IMG/VR virus record: IMGVR_UViG_3300017776_000001
Span: 1-64,000 of that record
Length of the DNA: 64,000 nt
Reading direction: 5' to 3' (one strand)
Source: an uncultured virus (IMG/VR IMGVR_UViG_3300017776_000001)
Lineage: Duplodnaviria > Heunggongvirae > Uroviricota > Caudoviricetes
Shown here piece after piece: positions 9,354-17,623 of the stretch (positions are counted from its first letter, which is position 1; every line of letters begins with the position of its first letter). The notes below the pieces were generated by a model, which was not told the DNA's origin, made no database searches, and worked only from the letters and a program-made list of their open reading frames with translations. A program made the translations under genes and the position numbers.

Positions 9354-9391
9354 ACTTGACAATGGGTATCACTTTTTAGTATACTATAAGA
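9352..9391 (+). promoter_or_regulatory. Early promoter cassette, copy 2
   Basis: AGACTTGACAATGGGTATCACTTTTTAGTATACTATAAGA. Confidence 0.85.
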
Positions 9392-9413
9392 GTAATAGAT
9401 TAAAGGAGAAATT

Positions 9414-9806
9414 ATGACATATTTAAATCACATCAAGAACGGGACTTCAAGAACTTATGTTGTCACTACTCAGAATTTAGAAGAGTATGGTGAGAACTTT
9501 CATAAGTTCAAGGGTGGTTCAGTCTACTCTGTACACTTCAGTGTAGAGAAACTCATCTTTGAAGAAAATGCATATGGTGAGGGTCAACACTCTTATTACG
9601 AGAACCCTAGTTTGACTGAGGCAAGTGTGGCTGCATTGGTTATGAAACATGTGAACAGGTTCAATGGAATGAATGGTTCATTTGACTACATTACCAATAT
9701 CGAGGTTGTGGAGAGTCCGTTTGATACTCCCGACCATCCCGAATGGAACGGTCATGCAGACCAACTTATTTCAGAGATTGCAGAATCTCAGTTGGAGGTT
9801 GCATAA
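9414..9806 (+). CDS. Early hypothetical protein
   Basis: 130 aa, AAGGAG SD; TQNLEEYG...KFKGG motif. Confidence 0.7.
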   Translation: MTYLNHIKNGTSRTYVVTTQNLEEYGENFHKFKGGSVYSVHFSVEKLIFEENAYGEGQHSYYENPSLTEASVAALVMKHVNRFNGMNGSFDYITNIEVVESPFDTPDHPEWNGHADQLISEIAESQLEVA

Positions 9807-10195
9807 TGATTATTAAAGATTACGAAGTGTGTTCTCCCGATATGACATCGGGTGGAACTTCCCTACAGGGATACAAAACAACAACCTATGATAGGTTGAT
9901 TGAGGTTCTTGGCCCACCTACATTCACAAGTGCAGACCCAAATGATAAGGTCAATTGTGAGTGGGTCATCGATGCAAAGTATTACGATGCAGACACCATC
10001 GATGGAATCGACAAAGACGACTGGGAATATGAAACAGTCACAATTTATAATTGGAAGGATGGAAGAGTTCCTTTAGAAGAATATGATTGGCACGTTGGTG
10101 GTAAATCAATATGGGCAACTGATGTAGTTGACTTGATTCTAGACAGTTATAACAAAAATGGATATAATTACAATGGAGAAAGATATGTCGCTTAA
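9806..10195 (+). CDS. Early hypothetical protein
   Basis: Start at ATG 9806 (GGAGG SD, TAATG overlap); GTSLQG...DKVNCEW...TIYNWK...WHVGG phage family pattern. Confidence 0.7.
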   Translation: MIIKDYEVCSPDMTSGGTSLQGYKTTTYDRLIEVLGPPTFTSADPNDKVNCEWVIDAKYYDADTIDGIDKDDWEYETVTIYNWKDGRVPLEEYDWHVGGKSIWATDVVDLILDSYNKNGYNYNGERYVA

Positions 10196-10397
10196 TTATG
10201 AAAGTGCAAAATTAATTGCACAATGTACAGACGGTAAGTTATCAGCAGATGACGTTTTTAATCTTGCAACTTATGGAACAACTAATGCACAGGACATGAA
10301 TCCTAATCAAGGTGAACTTGACTTAGAGAAAAACTCATGTGTCTGTGGAGAAGAAGATTGTCCCGATGAGTATGCACATACAACGAGTGGGTATTAA
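10185..10397 (+). CDS. Small hypothetical protein with C-terminal Cys/His cluster
   Basis: CVCGEEDCPDEYAHTTSGY; GGAG SD before ATG 10185. Confidence 0.6.
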   Translation: MSLNYESAKLIAQCTDGKLSADDVFNLATYGTTNAQDMNPNQGELDLEKNSCVCGEEDCPDEYAHTTSGY

Positions 10398-10398
10398 T

Positions 10399-10542
10399 AT
10401 GGAACAGGAAGTAGTACAGATTAGTGCAATTGGTGGGTTTTTATTATGTGTGATTATGATATCATTAACCTTCGCAGGTTTACATATCAACAAACCCTTT
10501 CCATGGGAAAAACGAAAAGATGGAGATGATGTTGAAAAGTAA
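10399..10542 (+). CDS. Small membrane protein
   Basis: One hydrophobic helix (ISAIGGFLLCVIMISLTFAGL). Confidence 0.5.
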   Translation: MEQEVVQISAIGGFLLCVIMISLTFAGLHINKPFPWEKRKDGDDVEK

Positions 10543-11092
10543 GTGGGGTGATGCTATTGACAGTCAAATGAAATACAATGGTAAGAATATGTTTAAGTCA
10601 TTCTTAACTGGTATGATGTTTGGTGCAATGCTCATGTCACTATTACTGTTTCCACAAACGGTAAAGGCATATGATGCTAACGGAGAAGTTTTTTGCATGG
10701 CAAAGAACATATACTTTGAAGCTGGTAACCAACCTGTAGCAGGTAAGGTTGCAGTTTCACTTGTTGTATTAAACAGGGTTGAACATAACTCTTATCCCGA
10801 CAATGTGTGTGATGTTATCTATCAGGCACTATGGAAGGAAAACTGGAAAGGTAATCTTACACCAGTTAGACATAAGTGTCAGTTCAGTTGGTTCTGTGAT
10901 GGTAAATCAGACGACCCTGTTGATAGTGCAACGTGGATGTTTTCACTTGCAACTGCATCAAGAGTTTTAAATGGAGACTTTGCAGACTTCACTGAAGGTG
11001 CAACACACTATCATGCAGATACGGTATATCCATATTGGGCAGACTCATTGAATGAGACTGTAATTATTAACAACCACATATTTTATAAATGA
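10520..11092 (+). CDS. SleB/CwlJ-like cell wall hydrolase (Hydrolase_2)
   Basis: CMAKNIYFEAGNQ, VVLNRV, CQFSWFCDG, GATHYHA, HIFYK; N-terminal hydrophobic anchor. Confidence 0.92.
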   Translation: MEMMLKSKWGDAIDSQMKYNGKNMFKSFLTGMMFGAMLMSLLLFPQTVKAYDANGEVFCMAKNIYFEAGNQPVAGKVAVSLVVLNRVEHNSYPDNVCDVIYQALWKENWKGNLTPVRHKCQFSWFCDGKSDDPVDSATWMFSLATASRVLNGDFADFTEGATHYHADTVYPYWADSLNETVIINNHIFYK

Positions 11093-11361
11093 TGTATGAT
11101 ACAGTAGAAAAATTTAGAGAGTTCCTTTCAGATACGGACTATATTAATAATGGTGTTCAACATAAGTATGCATTTCCAAATGGTTATGGTGCAAGTGTAG
11201 TAAAACACGATTTCAGTTATGGTGGTAAGAATGGATTATGGGAACTTGCAGTTCTCAACGAAGGTGAGTTGGATTTCTCAACCGTTATAACACATGATGT
11301 TATTGGACACCTCTCATGGAAAGAAGTAGAAAAAGTTTTAGAAAATATAAAAAACCTCTAG
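11089..11361 (+). CDS. Conserved phage hypothetical protein
   Basis: FPNGYGASVV...SYGG...LWELAVL...DVIGHL family pattern. Confidence 0.75.
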   Translation: MMYDTVEKFREFLSDTDYINNGVQHKYAFPNGYGASVVKHDFSYGGKNGLWELAVLNEGELDFSTVITHDVIGHLSWKEVEKVLENIKNL

Positions 11362-11387
11362 ACAATCTTAGAGTTTTATATTATACT
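11359..11387 (+). promoter_or_regulatory. Sigma70-type promoter
   Basis: TAGACA-N17-TATACT; leader hairpin GAGGA/TCCTC at about 11408-11429. Confidence 0.55.
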
Positions 11388-11448
11388 AAATATATTATAG
11401 TAAATCAGAGGAAGGCAAACACCGTCCTCACCAAAAACAGGAGAATTT

Positions 11449-12594
11449 ATGATTGACTTAATCGTCCCCTTGGACAAATCAAACCCGTTCACTGAAGAAC
11501 ACTTAAAACTTCACGTTGAACATTTTCAAAAAACAAGATACCCAATCCTTTCTAAGGAATTCGATTCTATCGAACTATCGGGTAACTCACCACGTATTCT
11601 ATCTAGAAGTATTGTCAATAACCAATTAGGTGATGATACCTTTGGACAGGAATCAAGAGCAGGTGGAGCTCACACTAAACAAGAAGAGAATGACCTCTAC
11701 TCTAGTTTCGATGATGGGTTCGACTTACTAGAACCACTTTCATGTGTGTTTCAACCCGACCCTAGTGTAGAGTATTATGAATACATTACAGGTCACGGTA
11801 GAGATAGAGTCTTCGATAAAAAGTTTATTGATGACATCATGGCATACGTGTTTGTACCTAAGGTAGGTGCATCCGATTCTAGAATCAAAGATAACTTATC
11901 AGTAGCAGGTCAGTTGTCACAAGATAAGAAAAGAACTTACACTCCAATCAAGACTCAAGATATCAAGACTGAGTGTCTTAGAGCAGTCAAGAATGGATGG
12001 ATATCATTCAAAGGTAAGAATGAGAGACAAGCATTCGACACTGTAATGAGTAGGATAGATGAGATGTGTGAGAGACGACCATTCAGTAATAGAGATGCAA
12101 CACTGGTTGCACTATCAGTAATGATGCAATCAGAAAGTTATGAAGGATTGAGAGCAATACCTTTTGATAACAACCAAGCAAAAGGATGGTGTAAGGAAAA
12201 CAACTATGTCCCTGTATATGAAAAAGGTATAGACATAACAGATGATACAAAGATTATCTACTTCCCTACATCTTATGACCTTGCACACAAACACTTACTT
12301 GCATCTTGTAAGATAGCAGTCGACAATGATGTTGAAGTAAGGATGGTTTTTCACGCAGGGGTATTGACATCAGACCCCGAAGAACAGTATAATAAAAGAA
12401 CACTAAAATGTCACATCGATGTTAAGGAATCAATTGAGAATGTACGTTCATGTTTCAACGAAGGTGGAAAGTTGAAGAGAGGTAAAGTTAAGATGTATGG
12501 TATGATACCAGCAATCGAGAAACTTCACAACTTAGATAAACTAAACATCTTTGATAGAACTTCGAATGACGGTACATTCAAGGTATTTAAATAA
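11449..12594 (+). CDS. Hypothetical protein (possible ParB/Srx-like N-terminal domain)
   Basis: 381 aa, AGGAG SD; YEYITGHGR loosely resembles the ParB/Srx GxxR motif. Confidence 0.65.
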   Translation: MIDLIVPLDKSNPFTEEHLKLHVEHFQKTRYPILSKEFDSIELSGNSPRILSRSIVNNQLGDDTFGQESRAGGAHTKQEENDLYSSFDDGFDLLEPLSCVFQPDPSVEYYEYITGHGRDRVFDKKFIDDIMAYVFVPKVGASDSRIKDNLSVAGQLSQDKKRTYTPIKTQDIKTECLRAVKNGWISFKGKNERQAFDTVMSRIDEMCERRPFSNRDATLVALSVMMQSESYEGLRAIPFDNNQAKGWCKENNYVPVYEKGIDITDDTKIIYFPTSYDLAHKHLLASCKIAVDNDVEVRMVFHAGVLTSDPEEQYNKRTLKCHIDVKESIENVRSCFNEGGKLKRGKVKMYGMIPAIEKLHNLDKLNIFDRTSNDGTFKVFK

Positions 12595-12596
12595 TT

Positions 12597-13136
12597 ATGA
12601 ATATATTTTATCTGAACGAAGACCCTGTAGTCTCATCACACTTACACTGTGACAAACATGTAGTCAAGATGGTTATCGAGTATGCACAAATGTTATCGAC
12701 TGCACATCGTATACTAGACGGTGAGGAGTACCTAGACAAGACTGCAAATGGTAGAAACATTAAACGTTATCGTTTGCAAGACAGAAAAATGCAGAGTGTA
12801 TTATACAAAGCTTCACACATCAAACACCCAAGTGCAATATGGGTTCGTGAAAATGCAATCCAGTATCAATACATGTACGATATGTTTATTGCACTATGTG
12901 ATGAGTATACTTACCGTTATGGTAGAGTACATGAAACAGATAGAAAACTTAGAGTGTTACTCGACCAACTACCCATGAATATTGAATTGGGTAGTTGGAG
13001 AGAACCTCCACAGTGTATGCCCGATGATGTTAAGACTGATAAGTCTATTGATGCATACCATAAATACTATCAGGTCTACAAGAAAGATTTTGCAAAGTGG
13101 ACTGATAGACCAATACCTAATTTTATGAGCAAGTGA
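12597..13136 (+). CDS. Pyrimidine-dimer DNA glycosylase (DenV-like family)
   Basis: MNIFYL...HCDKHVVKMVIEYAQMLSTAH, HPSAIWVRE, EYTYRYGRVH, PPQCMPD. Confidence 0.85.
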   Translation: MNIFYLNEDPVVSSHLHCDKHVVKMVIEYAQMLSTAHRILDGEEYLDKTANGRNIKRYRLQDRKMQSVLYKASHIKHPSAIWVRENAIQYQYMYDMFIALCDEYTYRYGRVHETDRKLRVLLDQLPMNIELGSWREPPQCMPDDVKTDKSIDAYHKYYQVYKKDFAKWTDRPIPNFMSK

Positions 13137-13444
13137 TGCCCCTATACGATTTTTTAAATAATGAAACAAGTGAGATTGAAGAACATTCAATGTCATATAC
13201 TAAACTTGACCAGTTCAAGTTAGACAACCCACACCTTAAACAAGTAATACTTGGAACACCTTCCATCGTAGGTGGTCATGGTGACAGAGTAAAAGCAGAC
13301 GATGGTTTCAAAGAAGTGTTAAGTAAAGTTGCAGATGCAAACAAAGGTTCTAACCTAGACCAGTATCGTAAACGTAGTGCAAAAGAAATAAAGAGTAAGG
13401 AAATTATTCAAAAACATATTGACTTACAGTCGAGGAAGAAGTAA
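13136..13444 (+). CDS. Conserved T4-like protein (FmdB-like N-terminus without Cys)
   Basis: MPLYDF...NPHL...DGFKEVLSKV; usual position upstream of the exonuclease. Confidence 0.65.
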   Translation: MPLYDFLNNETSEIEEHSMSYTKLDQFKLDNPHLKQVILGTPSIVGGHGDRVKADDGFKEVLSKVADANKGSNLDQYRKRSAKEIKSKEIIQKHIDLQSRKK

Positions 13445-13447
13445 AAT
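13419..13447 (+). promoter_or_regulatory. Sigma70-type promoter (intragenic)
   Basis: TTGACT-N17-TAAAAT. Confidence 0.4.
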
Positions 13448-14129
13448 GATAGAACCAATGAGATATTATTACGACATACATGACCTAGAACATATCGAAA
13501 ATGTTTATTCGGAACAAACCGATGGTGGTCAAAGAATGTATAATACACCCGATGGTAACAAGTACCCAAGTGTTACTACTGTAATCGGATTAGAAACAAG
13601 AGAACACATTAAGTTGTGGAGACAACGTATTGGTGAAGAGAAAGCAAACAGGATTACAGCAGGTGCATCGAGACGTGGTACTAAGATGCATAATATCTTT
13701 GAAAATTACTTACGTGCAGAGACAGATGATATCGGTATCGAAAATCCCTTACAACTAGAAATGTTTAATGCAGTGCAACCAGTGTTGGATGAGATTCAAC
13801 CTATTGCACTTGAAGCACCTCTATGGTCTGATGAGTTACGTATGGCAGGTCGTGTAGACTGTATCGGTGTGTTCCAAGATGAACTATGTATCATTGACTT
13901 CAAGACAAGTGCAAAACACAAAGATGAGAAATACATCAAATCATACTTTATGCAAGAGACAGCTTATGCATGTATGGTAAACGAATTGACGGGTGAACAA
14001 CCAACTAATCTTGTGACTATCGTTGCAATCGAAGGTGGGTATTCACAAATGTTTATGACAGAACCTTACGGATACATTAACGACTTAGTTAAGTTACGTG
14101 GGAGATATGAATCTTTATACGGAGTATAG
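13446..14129 (+). CDS. PD-(D/E)XK exonuclease
   Basis: YPSVTTV, RGTKMH, AGRVDCI, IIDFKTS, YFMQETAYA. Confidence 0.9.
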   Translation: MIEPMRYYYDIHDLEHIENVYSEQTDGGQRMYNTPDGNKYPSVTTVIGLETREHIKLWRQRIGEEKANRITAGASRRGTKMHNIFENYLRAETDDIGIENPLQLEMFNAVQPVLDEIQPIALEAPLWSDELRMAGRVDCIGVFQDELCIIDFKTSAKHKDEKYIKSYFMQETAYACMVNELTGEQPTNLVTIVAIEGGYSQMFMTEPYGYINDLVKLRGRYESLYGV

Positions 14130-14130
14130 T

Positions 14131-14364
14131 ATGATAACAAAAAAAGAATTCTCAAATGAGGTCGAAGAAATCCTAGGTAGGAGTAGAGATGCAAGTAAAG
14201 ATGTGATGGGTGCAATTATTAAAGTATGTGAAACCAATAACATTGAACCCGAAAGTGCAAAGAGACTTTTAACCCCGACACTAAAAGAACGGTTAGAGGC
14301 AGAAGCAAACAAACTTAGATTAATTAATCGAGGAACATCCAGTCAAGGTGTTCTTCCAGTATAG
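14131..14364 (+). CDS. 33: Late transcription coactivator gp33
   Basis: AIIKVCETNNIEPESAKRLLTPTLKERLEAEA; synteny with 59 and 32. Confidence 0.85.
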   Translation: MITKKEFSNEVEEILGRSRDASKDVMGAIIKVCETNNIEPESAKRLLTPTLKERLEAEANKLRLINRGTSSQGVLPV

Positions 14365-14373
14365 GAGTATATT

Positions 14374-14670
14374 ATGGATAAAGGTGACATCGTCACAATA
14401 GTGACAACAAGTGGAGAGTATGTAGGTAAGTTAAATGCATTGAACGAAGATGGTTCTGTGCAAATTACAGACCCACGTATGATTCTATCGAATCCCGAAA
14501 CAGGTCAGATGGGATTTGCAAAAGGTATTGCAGTAACAGGAGAAGAGAATCCTAACGATGTAGTATTTTCTTCGATAGTGTTTATGACCCCAACTAATGA
14601 AAAAGTTGCAGACGCTTTCAAAGAATCAACAGGACAAATTCAAGTACCAAAATCTAAGATTATATCCTAG
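14374..14670 (+). CDS. Sm-like fold hypothetical protein
   Basis: GDIVTIVTTSGEYVGKL beta-rich pattern. Confidence 0.6.
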   Translation: MDKGDIVTIVTTSGEYVGKLNALNEDGSVQITDPRMILSNPETGQMGFAKGIAVTGEENPNDVVFSSIVFMTPTNEKVADAFKESTGQIQVPKSKIIS

Positions 14671-15264
14671 ATGACAAGTCGTGAAGGATATGATGCATAT
14701 CAACTTTATCTTGGAATAAAGTTACACTTCTATTCAGACTACGACTTTGTAAAGTATAATGGTAAAGTAAGAGGAGACATCAATGCATTTCTTAAAAGAA
14801 AAGATAAGTATCATTTTGGAAAACTGTTCAAACTATATGGGCAAAACTTACAGGACTTTTATGTTGCAAATCTTTGTCTTAAAGATTCGTATGCAGTCGA
14901 CTTGGTTAATGACGAAACATCAATCAAAGTTTATAAGGACTGGAAGAAACGTAATCAAAAGTTGTCGTACTTATTTGAACAAGAAATATCAGACCTTCTA
15001 CTTAAGTTTAAAATCCAAACACAACTTAAAGTAGTTGATGGACAACACCCTAGGTTACTAAGGTCTTACTTAGCAGGTGATGTTTCTATTGAGACAATGT
15101 GTATACTGGATGATGTTACACACTACAGTGATGACTGGTTAAAACTAATAAACGAAAACATAGTGTATCCCGATGTACATAGAAGGATACAAAAATATAA
15201 AACATTCATGTCATACAACATCAACACTATGAAACAAAAACTTTTAGAATTATGCTCACAATAG
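14671..15264 (+). CDS. 59: Helicase loader gp59
   Basis: YQLYLGIKLHF...YDFVKYNGK...KRKDKYHF; GQHPRLL...ISIET; synteny. Confidence 0.85.
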   Translation: MTSREGYDAYQLYLGIKLHFYSDYDFVKYNGKVRGDINAFLKRKDKYHFGKLFKLYGQNLQDFYVANLCLKDSYAVDLVNDETSIKVYKDWKKRNQKLSYLFEQEISDLLLKFKIQTQLKVVDGQHPRLLRSYLAGDVSIETMCILDDVTHYSDDWLKLINENIVYPDVHRRIQKYKTFMSYNINTMKQKLLELCSQ

Positions 15265-16052
15265 TAGGAAACGGTAAGAGTAGAATCATCCCCGAATCCA
15301 ATTGGTGGGGATGTAATGCAATCTATAGAGATGGTTATACACCCGACCTACTATTCAGTATCGACATAACTATGCATAGAGAGATAGTTCATAATGGATA
15401 CTATAAAGAGAACAAGTTCGTTGTAGGTGATATGAGTTTCATACCCATGCAACATGTCGACATGTTACGACTAGGACATGAAGGACAAGAAGTCATTGAA
15501 GAGATACATGACGATGATGATTTACTAGTCATACAGGGTGACTTAGAGATAGACAAGTATGTGTCTTTTCTAGGTGTCAACTCTAAACACGTAGACAACA
15601 TTGTTATCTACAATAACGACATAATGAAGAACTTAATGTCGGGGCCTTCTGCAATTGCATATGCATTTCAGAATGGTCATGATGAGATAACACTAACAGG
15701 TTTCGATGCATTGTTTACCGATGATGTGTCAAATGTATATGAAGGTTCAGTAAATTACAAACCTAAATATGAGGAGTGGATGGGTGTCAAAGACATTCAG
15801 AGAGCTCAGTTCCTTGCACTATGTGAGGAATATAAAGATAAGAAGATTTATTTCAAAAAGTCTATTGACGAAATGGAAGAAATCGATTATACTAAACTCT
15901 CTTATTATGAAAGTAGTGAGAGATGGATATTAGGAGAGGGTTACTTACCACATCTTTTGAAGTGGACTAAAGGAACCCCCGACTATGACCGTTATGATAA
16001 AATGACTAATACAATTGTTAATAAAATAGGAGAATACAATGCCAAACGATAG
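15252..16052 (+). CDS. Hypothetical protein with sialyltransferase/MAF-like nucleotide-binding motifs
   Basis: IVGNGKSR, GCNAIYRD..PD, SGPSA, LTGFD. Confidence 0.65.
   Translation: MLTIVGNGKSRIIPESNWWGCNAIYRDGYTPDLLFSIDITMHREIVHNGYYKENKFVVGDMSFIPMQHVDMLRLGHEGQEVIEEIHDDDDLLVIQGDLEIDKYVSFLGVNSKHVDNIVIYNNDIMKNLMSGPSAIAYAFQNGHDEITLTGFDALFTDDVSNVYEGSVNYKPKYEEWMGVKDIQRAQFLALCEEYKDKKIYFKKSIDEMEEIDYTKLSYYESSERWILGEGYLPHLLKWTKGTPDYDRYDKMTNTIVNKIGEYNAKR
15865..15893 (+). promoter_or_regulatory. Sigma70-type promoter for gene 32
   Basis: TTGACG-N17-TATACT, about 145 nt upstream of the gp32 ATG. Confidence 0.65.
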
Positions 16053-16935
16053 TCTAGATAAATTAAGAGCAGCAATGAACGCTGCATCTACATCACCTAA
16101 AAGTGATAATCTTAAAAACGAAACCGAAAACTACTGGAAACCTGAACTCGACAAGAGTGGAAATGGTTATGCAGTAATTAGGTTTCTTCCTACACCCGAT
16201 GGTGAAGAGATGCCATGGGTATCTTACTTTGACCATGGGTTCCAAGGGCCAGGTGGATGGTATATTGAGAAATCATTAACCACCATTGGTAAACAAGACC
16301 CTGTGTCTGAATACAACACTCAGTTATGGAACACTGGGATTGAAGCAAACAAAGAAATTGCACGTAAACAAAAAAGACGTTTACACTATGTGTCCAATAT
16401 CCATGTTATTTCAGACCCAAAAAATCCACACAACGAAGGTAAAGTGTTCAAATACAGATATGGCAAAAAAATCTTTGAGATGTTGAAAGAAGCAATTTCT
16501 CCAGCATTCGAAGATGAAAAAGCAATCAATCCTTTCGACTTGAGAGATGAAGGTGCAAACTTCAAAATCAAAATAAGAAAAGTTGACGGTTATTGGAACT
16601 ATGATAAATCAGAATTTGATTCACTTTCTGCATTATCAACAGATGAGAATGAACTAAATAGTATCTACGAGTCTGTGTTCCCTTTACAAGAAATTGTAGC
16701 ACCTGAAAACTTCAAATCTTATGAAGAGTTGAAAGAAAGACTCGATAGAACACTAGGACTTACTGGTAATGTTGCAACATCAACTGCAGAGACAATCTCA
16801 GAAGATACAGTAACAGCACCATGGGAAGGTGTCAATAACAATGTCACTGAAGAACCTGCTATCCCTACTGCAGACACTTCAGTAGATGAAGATGATGCAA
16901 TGAGTTACTTTAAGAAACTCGCTGCAGACTCCTAA
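16039..16935 (+). CDS. 32: Single-stranded DNA-binding protein gp32
   Basis: WKPELDKSGNGYAVIRFLP, HGFQGPGGWYIE, GANFKIKI, NYDKSEF, acidic tail DDAMSYFKKLA. Confidence 0.97.
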   Translation: MPNDSLDKLRAAMNAASTSPKSDNLKNETENYWKPELDKSGNGYAVIRFLPTPDGEEMPWVSYFDHGFQGPGGWYIEKSLTTIGKQDPVSEYNTQLWNTGIEANKEIARKQKRRLHYVSNIHVISDPKNPHNEGKVFKYRYGKKIFEMLKEAISPAFEDEKAINPFDLRDEGANFKIKIRKVDGYWNYDKSEFDSLSALSTDENELNSIYESVFPLQEIVAPENFKSYEELKERLDRTLGLTGNVATSTAETISEDTVTAPWEGVNNNVTEEPAIPTADTSVDEDDAMSYFKKLAADS

Positions 16936-16945
16936 TCGAGTTTTG

Positions 16946-17148
16946 AGGGGTTGATACTTCTAAGTATATGATGAAACATGTGAAGGTATCAACGAACTAT
17001 GGACGAGGTTGCGACGTGGATGCGATTGTCTTGGGGTCACATAGTAAGGGAAAAACAAACTGGTAACATTAGTATTGTTGGGTTACTAAAATTACGCGGA
17101 GTTTGTTGGTATAGAGCGGGAATGCTGTAAAAGACGGGGCGACTATAC
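16946..17148 (+). ncRNA. Candidate structured RNA of unknown class between gene 32 and rpsU
   Basis: Four consecutive stems: GTTGATAC/GTATCAAC, ACTATG/CATAGT, AACAAACT/AGTTTGTT (inner GGTAAC/GTTACT), GTATAG/CTATAC (inner AGCG-GGAA-TGCT); G-rich compared with flanks; no ORF in the supplied track. Confidence 0.55.
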
Positions 17149-17168
17149 ATTTTAATAGAAACTAATAT

Positions 17169-17414
17169 ATGAAAAATACAAAAAGAGATTTCAGAAAAGA
17201 TTTCAATAAGAAACAAGAACGTAGACCTGAAACCTTTGATATGATATTCCGTAAGTTCAAGAAGAAAGCTGAACGAGATGGAACTGTGAAAGAAGTTCGT
17301 GATAGAAGATACTACATTAAACCTAATGAAGAAAGAAACATCATTAACAATCAGTTGAAACGTAGAAAGAAACTAAACAAACTACAAGCAAAGAATACAT
17401 ACAGAAGAAAGTAA
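17169..17414 (+). CDS. rpsU: Phage-encoded ribosomal protein bS21
   Basis: ETFDMIFRKFKKKAERDGTVKEVRDRRYYIKPNEER matches the S21 signature. Confidence 0.85.
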   Translation: MKNTKRDFRKDFNKKQERRPETFDMIFRKFKKKAERDGTVKEVRDRRYYIKPNEERNIINNQLKRRKKLNKLQAKNTYRRK

Positions 17415-17623
17415 TGTCTAAACAATGGCACGGTGGAAAAGGTTCCAAGAGACGGAACTCAGACGAACAATCTTATGCAGATAATTGGGAGAAAATCTTT
17501 GGTAAGAAAGAACCCGAAATAAAAGTCAGAAAAGTAACACCAAAAGGTGCCTCATCAAAAGTCCATTCGGACAAAACCAAAATCATACCTAGAAAAACAA
17601 AGTACTACGATAAGATAGATTAA
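17414..17623 (+). CDS. Small basic conserved phage protein
   Basis: WHGGKGSKRR...YADNWEKIFG motif. Confidence 0.65.
   Translation: MSKQWHGGKGSKRRNSDEQSYADNWEKIFGKKEPEIKVRKVTPKGASSKVHSDKTKIIPRKTKYYDKID

Noticed and set aside
13446..14129. Exonuclease as Cas4 of a CRISPR system
   Set aside because: No Fe-S cysteine set, no array or other cas genes; it is the usual T4-like exonuclease upstream of gene 33.
15960..16038. T4-style gene 32 autoregulatory pseudoknot
   Set aside because: An A/T-rich leader with AATACAAT twice is present, but I could not build a convincing pseudoknot.
16946..17148. tRNA, tmRNA or hammerhead ribozyme
   Set aside because: No TTCGA T-loop or CCA acceptor arrangement and no CTGATGA core; kept only as an unclassified structured RNA.
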